This document shows, piece by piece, positions 30,205-40,640 of a stretch of 64,000 nt of DNA. The stretch's first letter is position 1. Every line of letters starts with the position of its first letter. Position numbers and translations under genes: made by a program. This DNA is from Candidatus Dadabacteria bacterium (GTDB taxonomy: Bacteria > Desulfobacterota_D > UBA1144 > Nemesobacterales > CSP1-2). The notes under the pieces are model-generated. The model made no database searches. It was not told where the DNA came from and saw only the letters and a program-made list of their open reading frames with translations. The stretch is taken from positions 35,739 through 99,738 of the forward strand of contig PSLL01000003.1 of NCBI GenBank assembly GCA_040289575.1, written 5' to 3'.

Positions 30205-31201
30205 TACCCTTTGGGTAAAAGGACAGATTGAGGGAAAGATTGAGAGAGGGCATTTTAAATCCGCCATTCCTCTAATTGAGAAACTCCTAAGACTTGGGCG
30301 AAACAGCCTAACCCTCAAGGAGTTTGCATACGCAAACCTCGGACACGCATACCTATCTCTAAGGAGGTTTGATAAAGCCGAGTACTGCCTAAAGAAGGCT
30401 ATTAAATTAAACCCTAGGGAGTCGCGTTATCACTACCTTCTCGGTCTTGCCTATAGCGCATCTGGCATGATTTCAGATGCCCTTAAGGAGTTTGAATACA
30501 CAGTCCAAATAGTTGATAATAAAAGCGAGTATCAGCGTGCCCTTGGTTGGGCAAAGTTCGTTTCTGGACAGACCACAGAGGGAATAAAACACTTAAAAAG
30601 GGCATTGGATTTGGATAATAGGAATGTCTATGCCTATGCTGACCTTGCATCATGTTATATGAAGATGAACCGGTTTAATGAGGCAATTAGAACTCTAAGG
30701 AAGGGACTCTTGAGGGTTCCGGGGGATCCCTTTTTACTCCGCACACAAAATGTGGTTGAGCGTACGGGGGATGAATATAAGAAGGTTAAAGAAGAAGAGA
30801 AAAGGGTCAGGTATAGAATTGATAAGATAAAGGATTCTGAATTTCACAAGGTAAGAAAATCGCTTCTTCAAGGGATGAGGCTGGCTGGATATAGCGAGAC
30901 TCAGAAAAAGAGCGCCGAGAAGCTCTGGTACGATTTTTATAAAATGAGGAAGCTCCAAATCAGGCGTCCCGAGAGCTGGGCTGCTGCCCTCGAATACACT
31001 ATAGCGAGGTTGGACCTAATAGAAGGGGAAACACAAAAGACGGTTGCCTCTAAATACGGTGTCTCGGAAACGATTGTTTCTTCTCGATTTAACGATATAT
31101 GCCGTACACTTGACATTAGGGTCTTTGATAAAAGGTACTACTCTATAGAAGAGGATTTCTTCATAGGTATATTGCATGGCCTCTCTCTCAGGGATGAGTA
31201 G
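30179..31201 (+). CDS. TPR-repeat protein with C-terminal TFIIB/cyclin-like helical domain
   Basis: About 4-5 TPRs (AYANLG.AY...A...LKKAIKLNP), then RRPESWAAALEY...ETQKTVASKYGVSETIVSSRFNDI. Overlaps the rpe stop. Confidence 0.8.
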   Translation: MLEGKVIDSTLWVKGQIEGKIERGHFKSAIPLIEKLLRLGRNSLTLKEFAYANLGHAYLSLRRFDKAEYCLKKAIKLNPRESRYHYLLGLAYSASGMISDALKEFEYTVQIVDNKSEYQRALGWAKFVSGQTTEGIKHLKRALDLDNRNVYAYADLASCYMKMNRFNEAIRTLRKGLLRVPGDPFLLRTQNVVERTGDEYKKVKEEEKRVRYRIDKIKDSEFHKVRKSLLQGMRLAGYSETQKKSAEKLWYDFYKMRKLQIRRPESWAAALEYTIARLDLIEGETQKTVASKYGVSETIVSSRFNDICRTLDIRVFDKRYYSIEEDFFIGILHGLSLRDE

Positions 31202-31228
31202 TGTGTCGGGTGTTGGATATTAGGTGAT

Positions 31229-31903
31229 ATGTATGTGCTATTACCTGAATATCTAAGAGATATGGCATATAAAAACTCATACATTAGTGACATACAAAAT
31301 TACTTTCTTTTTCTGGTTGACAGGGGAATTATGCTCTCCCCTAAGGATTATGATCTCATTATGAAATGGAAAAGAAGAGGAGTTCCCAAGGAGATTGTAT
31401 ATAGGGGTATAAATAAGGCGATTGAGAATTTAAGGAAGAAAAGAAGCAGCATCTCATTTTTAAGAGGTCTTGATGAATGCGCTCCGTTTATTGAGGGGGA
31501 GATAAGGAATCACCGGAGCAGTATGGAGAATGAATCTGTCATCGAATCAACCAGAGGTGACATTATTAAAAGGGTTGCCGAGAGACTTGCCGCAATAATA
31601 ACGAATGAAAATATGGAGAGTATAAGGCGACACTATATAGAGATTAGAAAAAGGGTTTTGGATTTGACGAATTCAAATGAGGATGTTTTTAAGGCAATAG
31701 AGAAAATAGAAGAGGAATCCTATGAGGACTTTTTTCAAACCCTGTCCCCAGAGGAAAAAAAGAGGATAGGGCAGATGGCCGAAGGTATGATTGACAAGGA
31801 AAGAGGACATCTTATGACCGATAAGGCCCGACGCGAAAGTGTTTTATCATTTCGTAATGAGATACTGAGGAGGGATTACAAACTAATTAGGATATTCTCA
31901 TAA
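31229..31903 (+). CDS. Hypothetical protein with DnaD/DnaB-like N-terminal segment
   Basis: RGIMLSPKDYDLIMKWKRRGVPKEIVYRGINKA resembles the DnaD lSp.e...i..W.....e.i..A motif. Charged helical C-terminus. Directly precedes a DnaC-like ATPase. Confidence 0.6.
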   Translation: MYVLLPEYLRDMAYKNSYISDIQNYFLFLVDRGIMLSPKDYDLIMKWKRRGVPKEIVYRGINKAIENLRKKRSSISFLRGLDECAPFIEGEIRNHRSSMENESVIESTRGDIIKRVAERLAAIITNENMESIRRHYIEIRKRVLDLTNSNEDVFKAIEKIEEESYEDFFQTLSPEEKKRIGQMAEGMIDKERGHLMTDKARRESVLSFRNEILRRDYKLIRIFS

Positions 31904-31915
31904 CACTTAAAAACC

Positions 31916-32773
31916 ATGGTGAGGGTAATTAAAGGCAAAACCATAGGGTGTGACGGTTGTCGTTGGAGGGGATACTCTGTTGAAAAGAGGGGAGACCTTT
32001 CTATAGCGAGGGTTTGTGAGTGCATATTAGGAAACCTAGAACGCAAACGCGCTGGTTGCCCGGAATGCGGTGGTAGCGGTTCGGTTCTATCTAAAAATGA
32101 AAGAGGGTACACCTGCATCAATATCTGTAGTGTGTGTGGGATAGCACGAAGAAAGGTAAAATTATACAACCTGGCAGGTATTCCGGCTAAGTATTGGGAG
32201 GTACTTCAACCGGATACATTTTATCCCAAGAATGGATCGCAACAAGATGCACTTACGTATGTAAAGGACTTTGTAAAACAATACCCACATAAGAAGGGTT
32301 TTCTTCTTATGGGAGGGCCTGGTCGCGGCAAAACACATCTTGCCATTGGAGCTATATCTGAGCTTACACTGGAGCGCGGAGTGAAATGCATGTTTAAGGA
32401 TTTTTTTCACCTTCTTTCCGAGCTTAAAGAGGCATACTCAGAGGGAACACCGGAGAATACGGTGCTCTTTCCCCTTATAGAAACCGAGGTTCTTGTCATA
32501 GATGAGCTTGGTAAAGGAAAGAGCAGCGATTGGGAACTCAATATACTAGATCAATTGATTTCAAAGAGATATAACGCATCAAAGATGACTTTGGCAACCA
32601 CGAATTATGTTTCCAGAGGGTATGCAATGCGGAAGGATGAAGAACAGCAAATACTTGAAGACAGAATTGGGGAGAGAATTGCTTCAAGGCTCTATGAGAT
32701 GTGTGAATTCATATATATTGAGGGCGACGACCATAGAGGCGAGGGCCATAAAAAGGCAAGAAAGAGGGCCTAA
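31916..32773 (+). CDS. DnaC/DnaI/IstB-like AAA+ ATPase with Cys-rich N-terminus
   Basis: CDGC, CEC, CPECGGSG, CSVC; Walker A GGPGRGKTH; Walker B LVIDELG; ISKRYN, TTN, ERIASRLYEMC. Confidence 0.9.
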   Translation: MVRVIKGKTIGCDGCRWRGYSVEKRGDLSIARVCECILGNLERKRAGCPECGGSGSVLSKNERGYTCINICSVCGIARRKVKLYNLAGIPAKYWEVLQPDTFYPKNGSQQDALTYVKDFVKQYPHKKGFLLMGGPGRGKTHLAIGAISELTLERGVKCMFKDFFHLLSELKEAYSEGTPENTVLFPLIETEVLVIDELGKGKSSDWELNILDQLISKRYNASKMTLATTNYVSRGYAMRKDEEQQILEDRIGERIASRLYEMCEFIYIEGDDHRGEGHKKARKRA

Positions 32774-33804
32774 AACCTCCAAAACCCGGAGTGTATCCTT
32801 TTTACATTCTCTATAACAGGGTCTACCTTTGTCTCTTGTGTTAGGTCTTCATAATCGGTCTGTGTCTTTTCAAGTAATTCATCGATCACCGCTTTTGTAG
32901 ATTCCCAGAGGCCGTCTAGATTATATCCGCCTTCGAGGATTAGAATTATCTTCCCCTTGCAGTGTTCCTCTGACATCTCTTTTAAAAATCTGGTCATTTG
33001 GGCGAAACCTCTCGGAGTGACCTTCATTCCTCCGAGGGGGTCTTCATAATACGCGTCGAATCCGGCGGAGACCAGGATAATCTGAGGTTTATATTGGTCA
33101 ATAACAGGCTTTAGAATCTGGAAGAAGATTCTTATGTATTCTCTATCTCCCATCCCCAGAGGAAGAGGCACATTAATCGTGTATCCCATTCCCTTTCCCG
33201 TTCCTACTTCTTCTATTCTCCCTGTTCCCGGATAGTATGGATACTGATGCGTGGAAAAATATAGGACATCGGGGGAATCATAGAACATATGCTGAGTTCC
33301 ATTTCCATGATGAAGGTCCCAATCAACTATTAGTATGCGTTCCATTCCGTAGAATTTATTGGCATAAGCCGCGCCTATCGCGACATTATTAAATATACAA
33401 AACCCCATAGCCTTATTCCTCTCGGCATGATGTCCGGGCGGGCGGACAAGTGGAAATGCCATATCAACCTCCCCTTTTAAGACACTATCAACTGAAGAGA
33501 CCATTCCGCCTGCAGCCCGAACCGCCGCATTAAACGACACAGGGCATGTGGATGTATCGGTGTCCAGAAATACCCTCATTCTTCCTCTTGTTGACTGAAT
33601 AAAGTCAAAGTATCTAGGTTCGTGGACGAGTGTGATTTCCTCTTTTGTCGCATCGCGGGGCTGAATCATTATTAATTCATCAATGAGCCTTGTTCCGTTC
33701 AGCATATCAACAATTGCAAGAAGCCTTTCCTGAGACTCGGGGTGTCCACTGCCGTTATCATGGTCAAAGTAGAGTTTGTCAAGAACGATACCCAACCTTT
33801 TCAT
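32770..33804 (-). CDS. Zn-dependent deacetylase (HDAC family)
   Basis: HPES..RL, RPPGHHA, GFCIFNN, DWDLHHGNGT, SAGFD, LEGGY. Confidence 0.95.
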   Translation of the reverse strand: MKRLGIVLDKLYFDHDNGSGHPESQERLLAIVDMLNGTRLIDELIMIQPRDATKEEITLVHEPRYFDFIQSTRGRMRVFLDTDTSTCPVSFNAAVRAAGGMVSSVDSVLKGEVDMAFPLVRPPGHHAERNKAMGFCIFNNVAIGAAYANKFYGMERILIVDWDLHHGNGTQHMFYDSPDVLYFSTHQYPYYPGTGRIEEVGTGKGMGYTINVPLPLGMGDREYIRIFFQILKPVIDQYKPQIILVSAGFDAYYEDPLGGMKVTPRGFAQMTRFLKEMSEEHCKGKIILILEGGYNLDGLWESTKAVIDELLEKTQTDYEDLTQETKVDPVIENVKRIHSGFWRF

Positions 33805-33875
33805 TTGGTTAAAAGGTAACACAGGTTAAAATAGGGCGCAATATTGCTAATAGCACAAGAACCGAAACTTCAATC

Positions 33876-35132
33876 CTATTTTTGAAGACTTTTTATAGCC
33901 CCAACCAAGTAGAGAGAACCAGTAATACACACAGGAAATGAAAGTGACTTTACCCTATAGAATGCCTCCCTAAAATCCTCTACGATCTCCACCTCATCTA
34001 AAAACTCCTCTGCTATCTTAGCCAATTTCTCTGAGTTAACACTTCTTTGAGACGGCACATCGGTTATTATAATAGATTGAGCAACCTGAGAGATCTCACT
34101 CATATACCCCTTATGATCCTTATCCGCAAGCATCCCAACTAAGAATACAAACCTCATTCCCGGAAACAATCTCTGAATTGACTCCCTCAGAGCCCGTGCC
34201 CCACCCGGATTATGCGCACCATCAAGAATAATAGGCGGGCTGTATCTCAGAAACTCCATCCTCCCCTCCCATTTTACAGATAAGAGTCCAGTTCTCAGAT
34301 TCTTCTCTTTTATCTCCATCCCATAGAACCGACAGAGGAATTCAAGCGTACAAATAGCGACAGAGGCGTTTTCAATCTGATAAAATCCGGGTAGGGCAAA
34401 CCTAAGGTGGTCGAGGTTCCATTCCAATCCGGAATAACTAAAATCATCTGTGCTCTCTCCAGCGCTCATAAAATCCCTTTCCATTACACTAATTGGGGCA
34501 GATTTCCCATAAGCTACGGACTCAATTACATCAAGTGCCTCTCCCTTTGCGGCAGTTACAACAGGCACACCGGGCTTTATGATCCCAGCCTTTTCAAAGG
34601 CTATCTTCTCTACAGTATCTCCCAAAAACTCCGTATGGTCTTTTGAGACGTTTGTGATAACCGAAAGAAGAGGGGCAACTACATTAGTTGCATCCCATCG
34701 TCCTCCCATCCCCACCTCAACCACAGAAAAATCCACCTCTTTTTCCAAGAAGTAGAGAAACGCACACGCTGTAAGAACCTCAAAATAACTCGGCTCTTGT
34801 GAGAAACAAGAAGAAAGATTCTTAATATCCAAAATCAATCTGGACAGATCATCAATAAGAATCTCTTCATCATTTACCTTTATCCTCTCCGAGACCCTTA
34901 TAAGATGAGGAGAGGTATAAAGCCCAACATTATAGCCATGAGATCTGAGAACGGATGCAATTGTGGCCGAAACAGAGCCTTTTCCATTTGTTCCTCCAAT
35001 AATGATGCTGTGCATTCTATCCTGGGGATTCCCAAGGGCAGAGAGAAGTCTGGTAATCCTCTCAAGACCAGGATTTACTCTATGGAGTCCAAGGGAATTA
35101 AGATAAGAGATTGCATCCACTTTTATTCTCAA
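33876..35132 (-). CDS. folC: Folylpolyglutamate/dihydrofolate synthase
   Basis: GTNGKGS, YTSPHL, EVGMGGRWDATN, LDGAHN, TGSLYLVG. Confidence 0.95.
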   Translation of the reverse strand: MRIKVDAISYLNSLGLHRVNPGLERITRLLSALGNPQDRMHSIIIGGTNGKGSVSATIASVLRSHGYNVGLYTSPHLIRVSERIKVNDEEILIDDLSRLILDIKNLSSCFSQEPSYFEVLTACAFLYFLEKEVDFSVVEVGMGGRWDATNVVAPLLSVITNVSKDHTEFLGDTVEKIAFEKAGIIKPGVPVVTAAKGEALDVIESVAYGKSAPISVMERDFMSAGESTDDFSYSGLEWNLDHLRFALPGFYQIENASVAICTLEFLCRFYGMEIKEKNLRTGLLSVKWEGRMEFLRYSPPIILDGAHNPGGARALRESIQRLFPGMRFVFLVGMLADKDHKGYMSEISQVAQSIIITDVPSQRSVNSEKLAKIAEEFLDEVEIVEDFREAFYRVKSLSFPVCITGSLYLVGAIKSLQK

Positions 35133-35145
35133 CCCAATAGAAATC

Positions 35146-35490
35146 CTAGCCCGGAGGCCATGTCATATGCCTTCCGCCCAAGAGGTGAACATGGACGTGC
35201 CAGACAGTCTGGCCGCTTTGCAAACCACAGTTTATAACCAATCTAAATCCCCGCTGGCTGATACCCTCTTTTTTTGCAATACCATTTGCGACATATATGA
35301 GGTGCCCAAGAAGGGGCTTATCCTCCTCAGTCGATTCAACCACTGTCCGTATATGTCTTTTAGGAATTATTAGGATATGAGTCGGTGCTTGAGGTTTTAT
35401 ATCTCTAAACGCAATTGAAATATCATCTTCATATACAATTGTAGCCGGAAGTTCTCTATTTACAATCCCACAGAATACACAGTCTTCCAT
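35146..35490 (-). CDS. hinT: Histidine triad nucleotide-binding protein
   Basis: DCVFC, PQAPTH, GQTVWHVHVHLLGGR.M.WPPG. Confidence 0.95.
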   Translation of the reverse strand: MEDCVFCGIVNRELPATIVYEDDISIAFRDIKPQAPTHILIIPKRHIRTVVESTEEDKPLLGHLIYVANGIAKKEGISQRGFRLVINCGLQSGQTVWHVHVHLLGGRHMTWPPG

Positions 35491-35639
35491 ATCTTTTCTC
35501 CTTAATAATGCAAACGTCAGAAGGTTATTTTATTATATCACACCCCAGAAAAAATTCGTGTTTTCCAAGTAACTACTATACAGCAAAAGAGACAAAAACA
35601 ATAAAAAGAAAACAGTAATGATTTCCACTCGGTATTAAC

Positions 35640-36173
35640 TTGATATTGGAGTTCCACAAATGTAGAATTGATATTGAAAACCATTTATTAAAAGGCAAAG
35701 AAGAATTGATCTCCAGACTAAGACCAAAGGCCGAGAGAAAAAAGGCACTAAAAGAGTATATATCAAAGAAGAAGCTCAAATCCACAAAGCAAAGGGATAC
35801 GATTTTTGATGAATTTTTCAACCACCCTGGGCAACACATAACAGTAGAAGAGCTCTACGAGAAGGTAAAAAAGCAGAATCCAAAGATCGGGTATGCCACA
35901 GTCTATAGAACCCTAAAACTCTTTAAAGAATGTGCCTTGGCCTTTGAGAGAAACTTTGGAGATGGCAAAACCAGGTATGAACCAGTTAAATTTGAAGGAG
36001 AACACCACGATCACCTCATTTGTATTGGATGCGGAAGAATCACAGAGTTTGAGAATCCACACATTGAACACTACTCAAGAGAGGTCGCAAGGGTCAACGA
36101 ATTTAAGGTTGTAAACCATAAGCTTGAGCTTTACGGCTATTGCTCAGCATGCACAAGAAAAAAGGACAATTAG
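35640..36173 (+). CDS. fur: Fur-family metalloregulator (start uncertain)
   Basis: TKQR..I, IGYATVYRTL, HHDHLICIGCG.I.EF, LYGYCSAC. Confidence 0.9.
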   Translation: MILEFHKCRIDIENHLLKGKEELISRLRPKAERKKALKEYISKKKLKSTKQRDTIFDEFFNHPGQHITVEELYEKVKKQNPKIGYATVYRTLKLFKECALAFERNFGDGKTRYEPVKFEGEHHDHLICIGCGRITEFENPHIEHYSREVARVNEFKVVNHKLELYGYCSACTRKKDN

Positions 36174-36193
36174 TAATTTCGCTAGAGATAAAT

Positions 36194-36571
36194 CTATCTC
36201 TCAAGAACTACGATCGCCGTAGCATAATCACCGTCATGTGAAATTGATACATGGACAGCATATATATTCATCATCTCCAATACATACTTTGCCCTCCCGT
36301 AAGAATTGATATAAGGCTTCCCATATTCATCCCTTAGAACTTCAATATCAACCATCCTAATGTTGTTTTTAAGACTCCCTCCAATGGCTTTAAAAAAGGC
36401 CTCCTTTACAGCAAAATTTGCGGCAAAGCGCTCAGAGCTCCTTTTATAACGCTGAGAATTATATATCTCCCTCTCTGAAAATACCCTCTTCTTAAACCTG
36501 TCTCCCCAATTCTCTAAGAGCCTCTCGATTCTACAGACATTTACAATGTCAATTCCCACACCTAAAATCAT
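36194..36571 (-). CDS. acpS: Holo-ACP synthase
   Basis: GVGIDIV, FAVKEAF.KA.G, VSISHD. Confidence 0.95.
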   Translation of the reverse strand: MILGVGIDIVNVCRIERLLENWGDRFKKRVFSEREIYNSQRYKRSSERFAANFAVKEAFFKAIGGSLKNNIRMVDIEVLRDEYGKPYINSYGRAKYVLEMMNIYAVHVSISHDGDYATAIVVLER

Positions 36572-36604
36572 ATCTAGACACAGAGAACCAGTAAAAATAA
36601 GCAG

Positions 36605-37318
36605 CTACATACAAATCTCAATCATTTCCCTTACAGCTCTTTCAATCCCGACAATTATAGCACGTGATATGATACTATGACCGATATTTAGCTCCTCAAT
36701 CCCATCTATCCGAACAATCCTCTTTACATTTATGTAATTTAGCCCGTGTCCTGCTGCAACCCTCAATCCAAGCCCAAGGGTTATACTTACGGCCTCTTCA
36801 ATCTCCCTTAATTTAGCCTCTTTTTCCCAATCTTGTTTTGCCTCTGCATATCTGCCCGTGTGAATCTCGACCATATCGGCTCCCACGGTTTTTGCAGCCC
36901 TAATCTGATCCAGATCGGGGTCCATAAAAAGGCTTACAAACAGACCGCTTTCCTTAAGTTTTTCTACAACACCGAGAATCTTTTCAGAATTGCCTAGAAC
37001 ATCGAGTCCACCTTCAGTAGTTATCTCTTCTCTCCTTTCGGGGACGAGTGTTACCATATCAGGTTTTACATCTAGCGCAATACCTATCATTTCGGGGGTT
37101 GGGGCCATCTCCAGATTGAGTTTGGTCTTTACAACCTCCCTGAGAATCCTTATGTCTCTATCCTGTATATGCCTTCTGTCCTCCCTAAGATGGGCTACAA
37201 TACCGTCGGCTCCCGCGAGTTCTACCAAATAAGCTGCAAGTATAGGATCGGGTTCCATTCCTCTTCTTGCCTGTCTCAGAGTCGCCACATGGTCTATATT
37301 TACATTTAATCTGGGCAT
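36605..37318 (-). CDS. pdxJ: Pyridoxine 5'-phosphate synthase
   Basis: [40 protein letters not shown]. Confidence 0.97.
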   Translation of the reverse strand: MPRLNVNIDHVATLRQARRGMEPDPILAAYLVELAGADGIVAHLREDRRHIQDRDIRILREVVKTKLNLEMAPTPEMIGIALDVKPDMVTLVPERREEITTEGGLDVLGNSEKILGVVEKLKESGLFVSLFMDPDLDQIRAAKTVGADMVEIHTGRYAEAKQDWEKEAKLREIEEAVSITLGLGLRVAAGHGLNYINVKRIVRIDGIEELNIGHSIISRAIIVGIERAVREMIEICM

Positions 37319-37337
37319 TGACTTATTATTTCCTCCG

Positions 37338-38717
37338 TTATTCTCCAATATCACGCTCAATCAAAGAAGCAATCTCCTGTGCGATCTCTGTTATTAGTGA
37401 TTCATCCTCACCCTCCACCATAATCCTTGCAAGTGGTTCTGTTCCTGAGTATCTGAGATTGATCCTCCCCCTATTTTTTAGATCCCTCTCAGAGGTCACA
37501 ATTAAATCGGAAAGTCCCTTTATAGATTCAAATGGCTTTTTCTCCCTCACTCTTACGTTTAAGAGAATCTGTGGAAAGAGGTCTATTATCTTTGCAAGCT
37601 CAGAGAGCCTCTTTTCCTTTCGCTTCATAATGGCTAAAACCTGGAGGGCGGCAAGTGTCCCATCACCGGTCGTAGTATAGTCAAGAAATATTATATGCCC
37701 CGATTTCTCTCCTCCGAAATTACATCCTCTTACCCTCATCTCTTCTACAACATATCTATCTCCGACTGCAGTTCTGATCAACTCCCCTCCGCTGTCGCGT
37801 ATAAACGCCTCAAGAGACATATTACTCATTACGGTTGAGACAACCGTGTTTTTTAACAACCTTCCGCTCTTAATCATCTCCTCCGCACATATAGCCATTA
37901 TTTTATCCCCATCCACTATATCCCCATTTTCATCACAGAAGATAACCCTATCGGCATCCCCATCCAATGCTATTCCCAAATCTGCACTCGTCTCCTTTAC
38001 CTTTTGTCTAAGCAAATCCGGGTTGAGAGAGCCACAATCGGTATTTATATTCTTGCCATCGGGTTTCACTCCAATTGATATAAGGTCGGCACCCAGCTCT
38101 TCAAACACAATTGGGGAGACCCTGTAAGCCGCTCCGTTTGCACAGTCTAAGACGACCCTAAACCCTTCAAGCGTCAGGTCCTTTGGGAATGCATTTTTGA
38201 GAAATACCACATACCTCCCTCTAGCATCATCGAGTCTCGAAGCCTTTCCAATATCCTTAGGGGAAACACCCATACGGTTAATTCCCTCACTGAAGACAAG
38301 CTCCTCTATCTCCAATTCCCTTTCATCGGGGAGTTTAAATCCGAACCTATCAAAGAATTTTATGCCGTTGTCTTCATAGGGGTTATGCGAAGCGGATATA
38401 ACAACGCCTGCATCCGCCCGCATACTGGCGGTAAGAAACGCAATGGCAGGGGTAGGAAGGGGACCTACAAGAAGCACATCTGCGCCCATAGAGGTAATTC
38501 CTGCGGATATTGCCTGTTCAAACATATACCCTGAGAGCCTTGTATCCTTGCCAATTACTATTCTCAGCCTTTTTGAATCAGTTTTCTTCTGATTTAGTAT
38601 ATATATCAGCGCTTTGCCGAGCTTAAGGCTTATCTCCGGGGTCATAGGGTCATAATTCACCACTCCCCTTACGCCATCTGTCCCAAAAAGACGCTTATTA
38701 GATTCTCTCAATTTCAC
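37338..38717 (-). CDS. glmM: Phosphoglucosamine mutase
   Basis: [34 protein letters not shown]. Confidence 0.97.
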   Translation of the reverse strand: MKLRESNKRLFGTDGVRGVVNYDPMTPEISLKLGKALIYILNQKKTDSKRLRIVIGKDTRLSGYMFEQAISAGITSMGADVLLVGPLPTPAIAFLTASMRADAGVVISASHNPYEDNGIKFFDRFGFKLPDERELEIEELVFSEGINRMGVSPKDIGKASRLDDARGRYVVFLKNAFPKDLTLEGFRVVLDCANGAAYRVSPIVFEELGADLISIGVKPDGKNINTDCGSLNPDLLRQKVKETSADLGIALDGDADRVIFCDENGDIVDGDKIMAICAEEMIKSGRLLKNTVVSTVMSNMSLEAFIRDSGGELIRTAVGDRYVVEEMRVRGCNFGGEKSGHIIFLDYTTTGDGTLAALQVLAIMKRKEKRLSELAKIIDLFPQILLNVRVREKKPFESIKGLSDLIVTSERDLKNRGRINLRYSGTEPLARIMVEGEDESLITEIAQEIASLIERDIGE

Positions 38718-38727
38718 CCTCCGTTTG

Positions 38728-39777
38728 TTATTTCCTCAATATTACCTGAATCTCATCAGGCACCTTTTTCTTTAGTATAAGACTACCCTTATAAGGATAG
38801 TTTACATTTACCTTGAGCTTCTGTATCCTCTGTTTGGTGTTTTGTTTAAGTTTACTTGCATCTATATATAGTTCTATATCGTCGCTGTTTAGGCTTTTGA
38901 TGATGCGGTATGGACCCTCAAATACCAACTCGGCTTTGAGTGGCTCAAGAGGCTCGAATTGAACCCCATCAGAATTAAGGAAGGTTATATTTATATCCTT
39001 GAATTCCTTTACCACAGTCTTCTCTTGAATATCCACTGTAACCCTCGCAAATCTCCTGCCGAGTATATCAACCCCCGGAGGCACCTTCAGAGGAACCTCA
39101 ATTGTGAAGCTCGACCTTACACCAGCGGTTGAAACCAGATCGGTAGAGATACTCTCAATCTGGGACACTATCCGTTTTGGTCCTCTAATCCTGACCTTAG
39201 AGGGTGTAATCTCAGGTTCACCGACTATCTCATAACCGGTATCGGGAATAGAGACTGCGGGTTTTATTACTACCTCCTTATCTATTATTTTATCAATATC
39301 TATTTTGACTTCAGCGGGGCTTATTCCTACTACCTGCACCCCCCTAGGCGGTTTTATCTGATCCGTACGGATCTCAAATTTAGAGACCCCGGGGGTGGCA
39401 TGAGAAAGATCAAGCGTAAAGACCATATCCCGAGGTGAAAGCGATGAAAGCTGGGTTCTAGGTCCCCGAACCCTCAGATTTAGTGTTTGAGGGGGATCGT
39501 TCATTATGACAAGATCAGCTGGAAGATTAACATAATTGACCTCAGCCGATACGCTCCTTTCTACGTCCTGCTCAACATTGGCTGAAAACCAGAGGGCTAC
39601 CGCAAAAGCCACGGCGAGAATCTTTTTACCACGGTTCTTAAGAAACAGGCCCTTGAGTCCTCTTACAACCGCCTCTCCTATAATAGGCATCAAAGAACGT
39701 ACTTCATTCCACCACAGAGATAATGCGACTCCAATCCGATTTAGTGTCTCCCACATACTGCGGTCTTTACCTTTCAT
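38728..39777 (-). CDS. cdaR: YbbR/CdaR diadenylate cyclase regulator
   Basis: N-terminal TM helix and repeated V.V.GP YbbR segments. Located between cdaA and glmM. Confidence 0.85.
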   Translation of the reverse strand: MKGKDRSMWETLNRIGVALSLWWNEVRSLMPIIGEAVVRGLKGLFLKNRGKKILAVAFAVALWFSANVEQDVERSVSAEVNYVNLPADLVIMNDPPQTLNLRVRGPRTQLSSLSPRDMVFTLDLSHATPGVSKFEIRTDQIKPPRGVQVVGISPAEVKIDIDKIIDKEVVIKPAVSIPDTGYEIVGEPEITPSKVRIRGPKRIVSQIESISTDLVSTAGVRSSFTIEVPLKVPPGVDILGRRFARVTVDIQEKTVVKEFKDINITFLNSDGVQFEPLEPLKAELVFEGPYRIIKSLNSDDIELYIDASKLKQNTKQRIQKLKVNVNYPYKGSLILKKKVPDEIQVILRK

Positions 39778-39798
39778 AATGCATAAACCGGGGTATAA

Positions 39799-40629
39799 TT
39801 AAGCCTCCGTTTTTTCAATCCGCCTTTTCCTCAGAAGACCGAGAATCCCATGCCTTTGAGTCTGTCCTCTTTTTACTCCAAGTATATCAAAAAGACGGTT
39901 ATCAAGAGATGTGGCATCAAGCCCCCTCATCAGATTTCCCCCAAAGGCAAGGGATATTATCCCTGTTTCCTCCGAGGCCACTACAACCGCGGCATCGGTT
40001 TCCCTTGATAGTCCTATGGCTGCCCTATGTCTTGTGCCGAGTTCCCTTTCCAAATCTGGGTCGGTAGCGAGGGGAAAAAACGAGCCTACAGATAATATCC
40101 TATTCTTTCCTATGATCATCCCGCCGTCATGGAGAGGGGAGTCCTTGTTAAATATGGTTATAATCAGCTCTCTTGAGACCCATGCGTCGAGTCTCATCCC
40201 AACCTCAACGAAATCTGCAAGGCTATCTTTTCTTTCAATTGCAATAAGCGCCCCGATTCGACGGCTCGCCAGGAGGCTTGTCGCCTTCACAATTTCATCA
40301 ACGATAAACTGCTCGGATTTTCTGTAGTATGTCTTTAAGCCGAGCGGGTTGCCACCGAATGCGGTGAGGGCCCTCCGTATATCGTTTTGAAAGAGAATCA
40401 CAACAATTAGGATTATAGAGCCTAGGAAATGGTCCAGAATCCAGTTGAGCGTGTAGAGTTCCCACTTCTGAGATAGAAAATAAAGGACAAATATGGATGC
40501 GAGGCCAAAAAGCATCTGAACCGCGCGCGTCCCTTCAATGAGCCTCAGAATGTAATATATAATTAGGGCGACTATTATGATATCTGCCGTATCGGAGATG
40601 AATCTGAAGTGTAATATCGCATCGAGCAT
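39799..40629 (-). CDS. cdaA: Diadenylate cyclase CdaA
   Basis: Three TM helices, LFQ..IRRAL, GALI, PLHDGG, GTRHRAA, SEETG.IS. Confidence 0.95.
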   Translation of the reverse strand: MLDAILHFRFISDTADIIIVALIIYYILRLIEGTRAVQMLFGLASIFVLYFLSQKWELYTLNWILDHFLGSIILIVVILFQNDIRRALTAFGGNPLGLKTYYRKSEQFIVDEIVKATSLLASRRIGALIAIERKDSLADFVEVGMRLDAWVSRELIITIFNKDSPLHDGGMIIGKNRILSVGSFFPLATDPDLERELGTRHRAAIGLSRETDAAVVVASEETGIISLAFGGNLMRGLDATSLDNRLFDILGVKRGQTQRHGILGLLRKRRIEKTEA

Positions 40630-40640
40630 TGTCGCCCTCC

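Noticed and set aside
31916..32773. IS21 IstB or a prophage replication gene
   Set aside because: There is no IstA transposase, terminal repeats, integrase or phage structural gene, and it is embedded in a housekeeping operon.
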